NCBI RefSeq assembly: GCF_009914755.1
Contig: NC_060931.1
Length of the DNA stretch: 64,000 bases
Source: the human T2T-CHM13v2.0 reference genome, Homo sapiens
Direction: 5' to 3' (one strand)
The position numbers were made by a program, and so were the translations under genes. Position 1 is the stretch's first letter. The number at the start of each line of letters is the position of its first letter. Shown here piece after piece: positions 15,117 to 27,744 of the stretch. The notes beneath the pieces were generated by a model. That model was not told the origin of the DNA and did no database searches. It was given only the letters and a program-made list of their open reading frames with translations.

Positions 15117-16639
15117 GGTTTCTGTCATGACAAAGCTGCTTCCTTTCATGATTCAAAATAATTGATTTGCATAAATAATGAGTATTTCTATATCACAGTT
15201 TATTCAATATTAAGAAATCAACATTACTTCTTAAAATATTATCTTTTATTATTATTCATTTAATCTCAAATCCTTTAAAAACTAGGAATTTTTTGTGGAA
15301 GTTTTTTTTTTGCTAAGTGGAAGTGTTTTGTTTGACAAGACCTCATTTTGGGAAAGGTGGGTTAGAACCTTGGGGTAGAAATTATACCCTAGACTTGGCA
15401 CTCCAGACAATATACCTGGCATGATGCTGAGAATTATGAGAGGGAGTAGTTAGCACTCACAGGGTAATAGAGATGTAGGTTCTTATTAGAAACTTTTCTT
15501 TAATTATACGATTCTTAGTCTGAGATAAGCTAGAATAAAAGATTAAAACCTATTAAGAGTATGGAGCAGGAAAGAAACTGTTTACAGTTATATTTAAAAT
15601 AGTAAATAAAAATGCTTTACTCATATTAAAATATTTGCATTTCCTCAACCTTTGCTCAAGGTAATTGGGCATTACCTTGCATGTGAAGAAAAAAGTTGAA
15701 TGTAGTTTTTATGAGGTACTTTTAAAATATCTGTTTATATAAGCAAAATATGGTAATCTTTTGCCATATTGAATTAGTTTTGAAAAACAAGGATTCTTAT
15801 TTATCCATCCAGAAAAAAGTACCTAATTCACTCTTAAACTAGTAGAACATAAGAGGATCACTTTGTTTCAGGTATTGAATGTATATGTCTATATAAAACA
15901 TAAATATACATTATAACATAATTTCATAAGAAAGACATCCCATCTGACAAGGAACTGTACAAGTCTTCCTTAATATACAGATAGAAAAGAAGTATAGAGA
16001 AAATGTATTTCTCCTTTCAATTTATACTATGTAATCACTAATAGCAAAAGGGACCAGTTTTCAAAAAAGCTATAAGGACCTCAACTTCATCCATAATGGA
16101 ATAACTGACACGGGAAATGAAGAACTATAAAACTGAACAATTCTCAGATATTCAATGAAAAGCAGGACTGGGCTATGAGCTATGAAAGAGAGGAAAGGGA
16201 AATGTAAAGGCACATCAGTTGTCCAGACTTTGTGCTTTGAGGCAGTTGCTGGACTGCATCACAAAGGAGGAGGAATTTAAGCAGAGCATAGTGTTCTCAT
16301 TGAAGTAATAAAACCAAGAAAGAAGTTGGGGAAGCTGAAGTAGATAGAATTTGTGGATCAAAATATGGAAGAAATGGGATATAGACAAATAAAGAGCTCA
16401 AGAAATCTTTGACATGTCCCAGTGTCTGTGGTTGAGTATCACCTTAATGAACCTGAAAAATAAGACTCAAAATCACTAAGCTCATCTGTTGTTACTTACA
16501 GATGAAAGTAACAACCTATGAAAAAAAATGCCAACACTTTTTACAAATTGATGATAAAATTCAAACACTCACCAACATTATTATTTCTGGTGTTCAAAAA
16601 GGAAAAATAGACAAAGACACAGTAGATGATGTCACTTGA

Positions 16640-17075
16640 ATAAACATAATCAATATAAACAGACTCAGAAATGGCAGAGGTATTAGAATTATGAGGACAT
16701 CAGAATAACTAGTATAAATATGTTCAAGGATTTAAGGTAAAATGTAAACATGATAAGAGAACAAATAAAAAATTTTAAAAGAAATCAAGATATAATTTAA
16801 GGTGAAAAGTACTATATCTCAAATGAAAAATTAGCTGTAGGACCTTAACAGTAAGTTAGATACTGTAAAGGTCATTTCTAAACGATTAGTGAACTTAAAG
16901 GCAAATATAAAATATTCAAACAGAAACACAGAGAGAAAAATTATGAGGAAAAAAACAGAGGCTCGATCTATGGGACAACATCAGACAGAAAAACATAACA
17001 ATTATTAGATTTCCAGATGAAGAGGGATGGGTAAAACAATTTTTTTTAAAATAAAGGCTACAAATTTTCCAAATT
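16640..17075 (+). mobile_element. Ancient L1M ORF1-region fragment
   Basis: A-rich degenerate ORF1-like sequence (CAGACTCAGAAATGGCAGAGGTATTAGAATTA..., AGTTAGATACTG..., CTATGGGACAACATCAGAC). Confidence 0.55.
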
Positions 17076-17554
17076 TTGGCTGCTAACTTGGGAAATATAT
17101 AGCAAAATAGAATATTGTTCTCCTCCTCAATAATGAGAAAAACACATAATCCACAAATATTTATCTCAGAGAGCTGAAATCACAAATAAACCAAGTATAC
17201 TAGATTCCAAAACATGACAATCTCCTCTTTTGATAGGAAAAATACATACATTCTTTTGTCTTTTATAAAACAGAACAAAAGGATGTGCAGGTAAAGAAAA
17301 AAGATTAAAGAATTCTCAAGGTGACACTTTGGGTGAGAGAGACAGATAAGAATCTTAGCTTGGTCCATTTGCAGGATACAGAAGCAATGACCCCTAGTAG
17401 CAAGGAATATACCTAGTGCCTAGATTGTGATTTCTTAACATCATTCTTCAGCAAAAGAAAGTAGGATAGTTTGGTTAATAATAGGGATAAAGCAGAAAAA
17501 TATGATTCACTTACAAAAAACTTATGATGCCAGAAATTAAGAAAATGCTCAGAA

Positions 17555-17790
17555 AAGAATGAGGTCTTGTAGAAAGAACAACAAAGACAATTTGAAAAAA
17601 AGGAGATCTTGTAGAAAGAATGAGGTCTTGTAGAAAGAACAAGGAAGACAATTTGAAAAAGTTCCTGACAACTAAAGCTCAGAAGTTTGAGAAACAAAAT
17701 AAATTCTTGTGTTATTAGATTATAAGCCATAGAGATTTATTTTGAGCAGCAAAATAAATACTTGTGTTGTTAGGTTATAAGATATAGAGA
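17555..17790. repeat. Two adjacent imperfect tandem duplications (periods about 60 and 55 bp)
   Basis: AAAGAATGAGGTCTTGTAGAAAGAACAA..AGACAATTTGAAAAA occurs twice. AAAATAAAT.CTTGTGTT.TTAG.TTATAAG..ATAGAGAT occurs twice. Confidence 0.8.
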
Positions 17791-17997
17791 TACATAACCC
17801 ACAAATTAAAACAGATGAATAAAATAAAGAAAACAAAAGAATAAAAGAAAGAGAGAGAAGGAAAGAAAGAAAGAAAGCAGAAGAGACAACACTACTTAAA
17901 ATAGCATTCCAATTAAAGATGTAACACATTTTTTTTTAAATCTCATCAGGCAATTTCTAACAAATTGAAAGATTGATTTTTAACTATAGAAGGACAT

Positions 17998-18290
17998 GGC
18001 AGGGCGTGGTGGCTCACGCCTGTAATCCCAGCACTTTGGGAGGCTGAGGCAGGTGGATCAGGAGGTCAGGAGATAGAGACCATCCTGGCTAACATGGTGA
18101 AACCCCATCTCTACTAAAAAAATATAAAAAATTAGCCAGGCGTGGTGGCAGGCGCCTGTAGTCCCTGCTACTCGGGAGGCTGAGGCAGGAGAATGGAGTC
18201 AACCAGGAGGCGGAGCTTGCAGTGAGCTGAGATGGTGCCACTGCACTCCAGCCTGGGCGACAGAGTGGACTCCATCTAAGAAAAAAAAAA
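17998..18290 (+). mobile_element. AluY, inserted in an old L1 ORF2 fragment (about 17940-18375)
   Basis: GAGACCATCCTGGCTAACA, GAGAATGG and GGAGCTTGCAGTGAG diagnostics. TSD AGAAGGACAT / AGAAGGATAT. Confidence 0.93.
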
Positions 18291-18387
18291 GAAGGATATA
18301 CCAAAACCTAGAATAACCAAAACAATTTTCAAAAAGAATAGCACAGCTAAAGAACTCACAGTATCTAGTTTCAAGTTTTTTTTCTAA

Positions 18388-21300
18388 GCATCTCTGAAAT
18401 CTAGGCAGAGATTCCAAAACCTCAATTCTTAATTTCTGGGCACCTGCAAGCTCAATACCATGTGGAAGTTTCCAAGGCTTCGGGCTTGCACCCTCAGAAG
18501 CCACAGCCTGAGATGTACATTGGCCCTTATAGTCATAGCAAGAGAGGCTGGAAAGCAGGTCACCAAGTCCTGCATAAAGCAGGGGTGTCCTGTGCCTGGT
18601 CCACAAAACCATTTTTTCCTTCTAGGCCTCTGGATCTGTGATGGGATGGGCTGCCACAAAGGTCTTTGACGTCCTCTGGAGACATTTTCCCCATTGTCTT
18701 GGCAACTGTTTGGCTCCTTGTTACTTAGGCAAATATCCTTAGCTGGCTTGAATTTCTCCTCAGAAAATTTGTTTTTTTTCTTTTCTATCACACTGTCAGG
18801 CTGCAAATTTCCCGATATTATATGCTGTTTCCCTTTTAAAATGAAATGCCTTTGATGTCACCCAAGTCACCTTTTGAATGCTTTGCTGCTTAGACATTTG
18901 TTCTGCCAGACACCCTAGATCATATATTTCAAGTTCAAAGTTCCACAAGTTTTTAGTGCAGAAGTAAAATGTCACCAGTCTCTTTGCTAAAACATAGCAA
19001 GAGTAATCTTTACTCCAGTTCCCAACAAGTGCCTCATCTCCATCTGAGACCACCACAGCTTGGATTTCATTGTCCATATCATTATCAGCATTTTGGTCAA
19101 AGCCATTCACAACAAGTCTCTAGGCAGTTCCAAACTTTATCACATTTTTCTGTCTTCTTCTGACACTCCTAACTTTCCCAACCTGTGCCTGTTACCCAGT
19201 TCCAAAGTTGCTTCCACATTTTCAGGTATTTTTTGAGCATCGCCCACTATTCAGGTTCCAATTTACTATATTCATCTATTCTCACATCGCTAATAAAGAC
19301 ATACCCAAGACCAGGTAATTTATCAAGGAAAAGATGTTTAATGGATTCACAGTTTCACATGGCTGGGGAGGTCTTACAATCATGGAGGAACACAAGGAGG
19401 AGTAAAGTCAAGTCTTACATGAATGGTGGCAGTTGAGAGAGCGTGTGCAGGGGAACTCCTCTTTATAAAACCATCAGATCTCATGAGACTTATTCACTAT
19501 CATGAGAACAGCATGGGAAGACCCAGCCCCATGATTCAATTACCTTACACTGTGTCCCTCCCATGACATGTGGTGTATCAGTCCGTTTTCATGCTGCTGA
19601 TAAAGACATACCCAGGACCTGGGCAATTTACAAAATAATGAGGTTTAATTGACCTACAGTTCCACATGGCTGGGGAAACCTCACAATCATGGCAGAAGGC
19701 AAGGAGGAGCAAGTCATACCTTACATGGATGGCAAAAGGCAAAGAGATGGCTTGGGCAGAGAAACTCCTGTTTTAAAACCATTATAACTTGCAATAACCA
19801 TTCACTAACACCAGAACAGCATGAGAAAGACCCACCCCCATGATTCAATCATCTTCCGCTGGGTACCTCACTCAGGTGGGAATTATGGGAGCTACAATAT
19901 GAGATTTGAATGGAAACAAAGAGCCAAGCCATATCATTCAACCCCTGGCCCCTCCCAAATCTCATATCTTCACATCTCAAGAGCAATCATGCCTTCTCAA
20001 CAGTCCCCCAAATTCTCAACTAATTTCAGTATTAACTCAAAAGTCCACAGTCCAAAGACTCATCTAAAACAAGGAAAATCCCTTCTGCCTATGAGCCTGT
20101 GAAATCAAAAGCAAATTAGTTACTTTCTAGATACAATGGGGGTATAGGCATTGGGTAGACAGCCATTCCAAATGAGAGAAATTGGCCCAAACAAAGGGGA
20201 TACAGGCCTCATGCAAGTCTGATCTTAAAGCTCCAAAATGATCTCCTTTGACTCCATGTCTAACATCCATGTCACACTGATGCAACAGGTAGGTTCTCCT
20301 AGTCTTGGGCAGCTCTGTCTCTATGGCTTTGCATGGTACAATCTCCCTCCCGGCTGTTTTCATAGGCTTGCCTTGAGTGTCTGGAGCTTTTCCAGGTGCA
20401 TAGTGCAAGCTGTTGGTGGATCTACCATTCTGGGGTCTGGAGGACAGTGGCCCTCTTCTCACAGCTTCATTTGATAGTGCCCTAGTGGGAACTCTTTATG
20501 GGGGCTCCAACCCTACATTTCCCTTCCACACTGCCCTAGCAGGGGTTCTTCATGAGAGCCCCGCCCCTGCAGCAAACTTTTGCCTCGGCATCCAGGAGTA
20601 TCCATACATCTTCTGAAATATAGGCCAAGGTTCTCAAACCTAAATTCTTGACTTCTGTGCACCAACAGGCTCAACACCATGTGGAAGCTGCCAAGGCTTG
20701 AACCTTGCACCCTGTGAAGCAACAGCCCATGCTGTACCTTGGCCCCTTTTAGTCACAGCTGGAATGACTGGGATGCAGGGCACCAAGTCCCTAGACAGCA
20801 TACAGCAGATGGACCCTGGACCTGGCTCACAAAACCATTTTTTTTTCTCCCAAACCTCCATGCCTGTGATGGAAGTGGTTGCCATGAAGACCTCTGATAT
20901 GCCCTGGAGAAATTTACCCCATTGTCTTGTGAATTAATATTCAGCTCCTCCTTACTTATGCAAATTTATGCACCCAGCTTGAATTTCTCCTTAGAAAATG
21001 GGTTTTTCTTTTCTATCACATTGTCACGCTGCAAATTTTTCAAACTTTTATGCTCTGTTTTCTTTACCAAACTGAGTGCCTTTAATAGCACCCAAGTCAC
21101 CTCTTGAATGCTTTGCTGCTTAGAAATTTCTTCCACCAGATAATCTAAATCCTAAATCATCTCTCTCAAGTTCGAAGTTCCACAAATCTCTGGGGCATGG
21201 GCAAAATGCCACCAGTCTCTTTGCTAATACATAACAAGAGTCACCTTTGCTGCAGTTTCCAACAAGTGCCTCATTTCTATCTGAGAGAACCTCAGCCTGG

Positions 21301-21933
21301 ACTTCATTGTCCATATCACTATCAGCATTTTGGTCAAAGCCATTCAACAAGTCTCAAAGAAATTCCAAAATTTTCCACATTTTCTTGTCTTCTTCTGAGT
21401 CCTCCAAACTGTTCCAACCTCTGCCTGTTACCCAGTTCCAAATTTGCTTCCACATTTTTGGGTATATTTTCAGCAGCACCCCACTATACTGGTACCAATT
21501 TACCACATTAGTCCATTTTCACACTGCTGATAAAGACATACTCAAGACTGGGCAATTTACAAAAGAAAGAGGTTTAATGGACTTACAGTTCCATATGGCT
21601 GGGGAGGCCTCACAATCATGGCAGAAGGCAAGGAGGAGCAAGTCACATCTAATGTGGATGGCAGCAGGCAAAGACAGGGCTTGTGCAGAGAAACTCCCGT
21701 TTTTAAAACCATCAGATATGGTGAGACCCATTCACTATCATGTGAGCAGCATGGGAAAGACTCACCCCCATGATTTAATCATCTACCACCAAGTCCCTCC
21801 CACAACAGGTGGGAATTATGGGAGCTACAAGATGAGATTTGGGTGGGGACACAGAGCCTAACCACATCACATGGAAATTGTGGGAGCTACAATTCAAGAT
21901 GAGATTTGGGTATAGACACAGCCAAACCATATC
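18388..21933 (-). mobile_element. Truncated THE1 (THE1B-like) MaLR provirus: partial internal 18388-19266, 5' LTR split into 19267-19573 and 21870-21933
   Basis: THE1-int ends ..CCAATTTAC at the LTR. The LTR halves rejoin as CCCTCCCATGACA-(C)GTGG-AAATTGTGGGAGCTACAATTCAAGATGAG...CCAAACCATATCA. Confidence 0.88.
19574..21869 (-). mobile_element. Full-length THE1 (A/B-type) provirus nested in the LTR of another THE1; LTRs 19574-19936 and 21504-21869
   Basis: Two LTRs of about 365 bp flank about 1.57 kb of THE1-int. 5-bp TSD TGTGG / CATGG. Confidence 0.92.
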
Positions 21934-22899
21934 ACCAAGTATTGGCAATAATTTGAAATAATTGAAAATCTCTTTCATTGCTGGTGGGAATGTAAAATGT
22001 TACTGCCAATGTAGTACTTTTCTTATAAGTCCAACATGATACTTACTACATAGAACCAGAACACTACTATAAGAAAAATTTGAAAGTATGTCATGTTCAC
22101 ATAGAGATTTCTCCATGAGTATTCGTAGCAGCTTTATTCATAATTGGCATAAATCAAAAACAACCCAGATGTCTATCAACTAGTAAATGGATGAAGCATC
22201 ACAAATCCCTGCATCAGTAATCAATACTTTTTAGTATTAAAAAGTATTACATGAAGTGGAACAACCATGCAAAAACACTAACTTTTAACTAGACTCTATA
22301 GAAGTAAAAAGACAATGGAAACACATCTTTCAAGGAGACATGTTTAAAATATATAGAGCATCTATAACTCAATAATAAGATAAACAAGCAAGTCTTAAAA
22401 GTGAGAAAAGATTTAAAAAGTCATTTCACAAAAGAAGATAGGCAAATATTCTGTAAATACATGAAAAGACACTTACCATCACTAATAATCAGGGAAAGTC
22501 AGATTAACACACATGATGGAACAAAGGATACTACTTTACATTAGTGAGAATTGCTAAAATTAAAAGACCAAAAATTTAAAGGATTGCCAGAGATGTGAAA
22601 AAACTAGAAAATTCACACAATGTTTGTGAAAATACACAAAGATATAATGATTCTAGAAAATAGTCTAGCAGATTTTTTAAATAAATTAAACCATACACTT
22701 ATTAAATGATAAGTGATTTCAAGTCTAGGTATTTATAAAAGCTTGTCCACCTAAAAACTCATAAGAATGTATAGTACCATTTTTATGGGACCTGACAACT
22801 AAAAACAGTTCAAATGTCCAGCAATGTGTGAAAAAAATTAAAAAATTCAAATCAAAGAATAGAATACTAATAAGCAATAACAGGAAAATACTACCCAAT
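21934..22899 (+). mobile_element. Old L1M(E) 3'-region fragments; host of the THE1 at 22900, resuming about 25178-25380
   Basis: CATTGCTGGTGGGAATGTAAAATG, GCAGCTTTATTCATAAT, CAACCCAGATGTCTATCAAC and CATTTCACAAAAGAAGATA are L1 3'-end motifs. Confidence 0.65.
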
Positions 22900-25177
22900 T
22901 GTTATGGTTTGGATGTGTCCGCACCAAAACCTGAACTTCAGTTGTATCTCCCAGAATTCCCACGTGTTGTGGGAGGGACCCAGGGGAAGGTAGTTGAATC
23001 AAGGAAGCCAGTCTTTCCTGTGCTGTTATTGTGATAGTGAATGAGTCTCACGAGATCTGACAGGTTTATCAGGGTTTTCCACTTTTGCTTCTTCCTCATT
23101 TTCTCTTGCTGCTGCCATATAAGAAGTGCCTTTTACCTCATGCCATGATTCTGAGGCCTCCTCAGCCATGTGGAACTGCAAGTCCAATTAAAACTCTTTT
23201 TCTTCCCAGTCTCAGGTATGTCTTTATCAGCAGCATGAAAACAGGCTAATACAGTAAATTGGTACTAGTAGAGTGGGGCATTGCTGAGAAGATACCAGAA
23301 AATGTGGAAGTGGATTTGGAACTGGGAAACAGGCTGAAGTTGGAACAGTTTAGAGAGCTCAGAAGAAGACAGGAAAATGTGGGAAAGTTTGGAACCTCCT
23401 AAAGACTTGTTGAATGTTGAATCAGCATTTCTATCAAAATGCTGATAGAAATATGGACAATAAGGTCCAGACTGTGGTGGTCTCAGATTAAGGTGGGGAA
23501 GTTGTTGGGAACTGGAGTAAAGGTGACTCTTGTTGTGTTTTAGCAAAGAGACTGGTGATATTTTGCACCTGCCCTCATGATTTGTAGAACTTTGAACTTG
23601 AGAAAGATAATTTAGGATATTTTGTGGAAGAAATTTCTAAGCAGCAATGCATTCAAGAGGTGACCTGGGTGCCGTTAAAGGCATTCAGTTTTATAAGAAA
23701 AGCAGAGCATAAAAGTTTGGAAAATTTGTAGCCTGACTATTCAATAGAAAAGAAAAACACATTTTCTGAGGATAAATTCAAGCCTGTTTCAGAAATTTGC
23801 ATAAGTAGTAAGGACCCTAATGTTAATCCCCAAGACCATGGGTAAAATGCCTCCAGGTCATGTCAGAGACCTTCACAGCAGCCCCTCCCATCAAAGGCCT
23901 GAGGGCCCAGGAGGAAAAAGTGGTTTCGTGGGCCAGGCTCAGGGTCCCCATGCTGTGTGCAGCCTGGGGACTTGATGCCCTGCATCCCAGCTGCTCCAGC
24001 CATAGTCGAAAAGGGCCAATGTACAGTTCAGGGTGTGGCTTCAGAGGGTGGAAGCCCCAAGCCTTTGCAGCTTCCATGTGGTGCTGAGCCTCAGGTGCAC
24101 AGAAGTCAAGAATTTAGGTTTGGTAACCTTGGCCTAGATTTCAGACGATGTATAGAAATACCTGGATGCCCAAGAAAAAGTTTGCTGCAGGGGTGAGGTC
24201 CTCATGGAGAAACGCTGCTAGGGCAGTGTGGAAGGGAAATGGGGGGTTGGAGCCCCTACACAGAGTCCCTACTGGGGCCCTGCCTAGTGGAGCTGTGAGA
24301 AGAGGGTCACCATCCTCCAGACCCCAGAATGGTAGATCCACCAACAGCATGCACTGTGCACTTGGAAAAGCCACAGACACTCAAGGCCAGAGGGAGGCTA
24401 TACTCTGCAAAGCCACAGAGGCAGACCTACCCCAGACTGTGGGAACCCACCTCTTGCATCACCGTGACCTGGATTTGAGACCTGGAGTCAAAGGAGATCA
24501 TTTTGGAGCTTTAAAATTTGACCACCCCATTGGATTTCAGACTTGCATGGGCCCTATAGCCCCTTTGTTTTGGCGAATTTCTCCTATTTGGAATGGCTGT
24601 ATTTACCCAATACCTGTAATCTCATTGTATCTAGGAAGTAACTAGCTTGCTTTTGATTTTACAGGCTCACAGGCAGAAGAGACTTGCCTTGTCTCAGATG
24701 AGACTTTGGACCATGAACTTTTGAGTTAATGCTGAAATGAGTTAAGACTTTGGGGGACTGTTGGGACAGCATAATTGGTTTTGACATGTGAGGACATGTG
24801 ATTTGGAGGGATCAGGGGTGGAACGATGTGGTTTGGCTCTTTCCCCACCCCATTCTCAACTCGAATTGTATCTCCAAGAATTCCCACATGTTGTGGGAGG
24901 GAACCAGCAGGAGGTAATTGAATCATGGGGACTGGTCTTTCCTGTACTGTTCTCATCATAGTGAATGAGTCTCACAAGATCTGATGGGTATATCAGGGGT
25001 TTCCACTTTTACTTCTTCCTTTTTCTCTCTTGCTCCCACCATGTGAGAAGTGTCTTTTGCCTCCCACCATGATTCTGAGGCCTCCCCAGCGATGTGGAAC
25101 TGTAAGTCTAATTAAACCTCTTTTTCTTCCCAGTCTCAGGTGTATCTTTATTAGCAGCATAAAAACAGACTAATATA
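22900..25177 (+). mobile_element. Full-length THE1 (THE1A-like) provirus; LTRs 22900-23253 and 24824-25177
   Basis: LTRs carry TTGTATCTCCCAGAATTCCCAC and TTTATCAGGG.TTTCC.CTTTT. The internal region starts GTAAATTGGTAC. TSD CCAAT / CCTAT. The 165-aa ORF at 24148-24645 is a remnant of the MaLR internal ORF. Confidence 0.93.
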
Positions 25178-26490
25178 CCTATTATGAATCAACGTGAAAA
25201 AAATCTCAAAAACATGCTTATCAAAAAAACAGATATAGTTCATTCATCTTGAATCTTACAATAGGAAACTCTAATCAATAGTAATATTGAACAGGTCATA
25301 CAGAGAATAAGACCAGAGAAGGGGTGGGGATGACTTTAGGGGCCCTTTGAGGGCACGAAGAACTTCAATATATCATCAAGTTGGGTCTGCTGTACTTTCC
25401 ATTGATTTGTCTGTTTATTCTCTCATTGTATTTATAAATCGCAATTCAAAATTATAAAAGCACTGTCTATCAAATTTATAACTACTGGAAATTCATTCAA
25501 AGTTTTATATTTGATTTACTGTAAGTCCTCAATTTTGAGGGCATTTTGAATTTCTATTGTTTTTTATGCTTAACACATTAATTTATGTATAGTTGTGAGG
25601 TACTGCATTAGCAACTACTGGCCAGATGCTGTTTTATATTATTGAGCTTTGTGCTAATGAACAAAGTTTTCTATCACTTTGCAACATACTGTTAATTACA
25701 GGAAAGTAACACATATTCTCATTATGTATACTAAAGTTAATTCTAAAATAGCAACAAAACTTAAGTGGACCCTTCAAAATTACTCACATATAACTTAAAC
25801 AAAGTGCATGTATATAAAATTGAATCACCTAATTTTGTGTGTTCCCTCTCCTTCTTTCTCTTTCTCTTCACTTCCTCCTTACCATCTACTCTATATTGGA
25901 TGCCATTGTGAATTGTGACTTTTTTCTTATATTTGATTTTATTTCTCTTTTTGAACCTTTATAAAAAAATCTGTTTACTTCTCCAGAGTGTTGCCAACAA
26001 AGTATAGGAGTTTTGTGTTCTTGCTTGTATTATAATTATATACATATCAGTTGACAGCTATGTCCTTCTTCCTATGTCAAATATGGTATTAATATCGCCA
26101 AGATATTAAAAAAGGAGATAAAGATGAGTCTTAGAATTAAATAGAAAATGTTTGTTTTAAAGAATGAATGAAGAGCCAGTTCCCCCAATGAAATAAGAGA
26201 ACAATATTCTGTTTATATTCTACGTATACCTATTTTTACTTTGCTTAACATGTGGGATATTCTTACTGTTTACTGTATGTTTATCTCAGTTGCTAATTTA
26301 TTTGCAATTAAGTTAAATTGCAATACTCCAGTTATGAAGTGACAAAATATCTTTTCTTGTTGTTTGAGTTAGCTCAGTGAGTTATACAATAACATACAAA
26401 AAAGTCAAAATCATGCATTCAATTGATAATCAGACCATGCTCTTTTAACTACCACAGCCTCCAACTCACCCTGACCAATATTTCACTCAG

Positions 26491-26665
26491 GCAGGTAAAC
26501 TCTAAGTCAGAAGTAAGGCGGCAAGTTTTACTTTGTTATGTAAGGACTGCAACTTTGAAAAATATATTCAAGTTACATGCAGGTAAACTCTAAGCCAGAA
26601 GTAAGGAGACAAGTTTTACTTTGTTATGTAAGAACTAGAACTTTGAAAAATATATTCCAGTTACA
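26491..26665. repeat. Tandem duplication, period 88 bp, about 7 mismatches
   Basis: GCAGGTAAACTCTAAG.CAGAAGTAAGG...CAAGTTTTACTTTGTTATGTAAG...AACTTTGAAAAATATATTC.AGTTACA at 26491 and 26579. Confidence 0.92.
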
Positions 26666-27744
26666 GAGAATGTGACACAGTGACATCTTAATAAAATAAG
26701 ACAGCAATTTTGCTCTTTGCCTGTCATTAATATTGGAAGCACGTCTCGTTAAAACTTTTCCATAGACATCATATAATGTCATGAAATTAAAATAGCTATA
26801 AACAAACATTAAGTAAAATTAAAATAGTTGTTTCATCCCCTTGACAATTTCTATCTTTTGTATTACAGGATATGAATATATCCACTTATTGTTCTTTCTT
26901 TCTAATTTAATGTATTAATATATTTTTCACTGTAAGGTACTAGAATTTTATAATAGCTTAGAAAAATGTGGTGGTGCTTGATAATTGAAAATATGTTGGC
27001 ATTGTTAAAGCTAATTGCCCAAAGATTTAAAAGTAAAGACACATTTAAAGGCACAATCATTATGGTAATTGCTGCAATGAATGTTGTGAACTTTTCAGTA
27101 TATTTTTAAGCAATGCCCTGGAGAGGTGTCATTTCCAACACATTATTTTTGATATGGCATCTCTTAGACATTTGCTAGTGAATACTAAATTTACTATTGA
27201 GGATATATTTCAATAATTTACTATTTATTAAATCATCCATAATCAATGAAAAATTACCATTCCAACACCATCAATATAAATTTCAATCTAGTGAAAAAGT
27301 ACAGGAAGTTAGATTTTAGCATCTGTGGCAGTAAAAAAGCTCAAAATAAAATCGAAGAATTTTACTTGGCTGAAAAGCAATTGTGAAGGAAAAAGATAGG
27401 CTTGAGTGCATAAGATTATTAAAAGTACAATACCACAGCCACCTTTTGTTTAAGTATACACAAATGGCAGAGCTTGCACAGTTTTAAAATTGAAGAACCT
27501 TCATTTAGGATACATTACCTTTTTAAAAAAACTTTTCAGTTCCACACTCTGTGAAAGACACATTCTAGCAAATACACTCACTCAATCTAAAAAAACTCTA
27601 TACTCTTTCAATTACTGAAATTCAATGTGCATTTAACATCTCTAAATGTAGCTGATATTTAAAAAACTCTCACAAGGGGTTGGAAAATCTCATGTGAGAT
27701 TACAGGGAGCTCCATTTGGAAGATCTGCTTTGACTATTAGATGT

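Noticed and set aside
15657-15679. 9-bp-arm hairpin CAAGGTAAT/ATTACCTTG
   Set aside because: Short, isolated and compatible with chance in 64 kb; prokaryotic-style terminators are not relevant here.
21247-21861. 204-aa plus-strand ORF and other ORFs at 18.4-25 kb and 48.3-50.7 kb
   Set aside because: They lie within THE1 internal or LTR sequence, as antisense chance frames or fragments of the decayed MaLR ORF.
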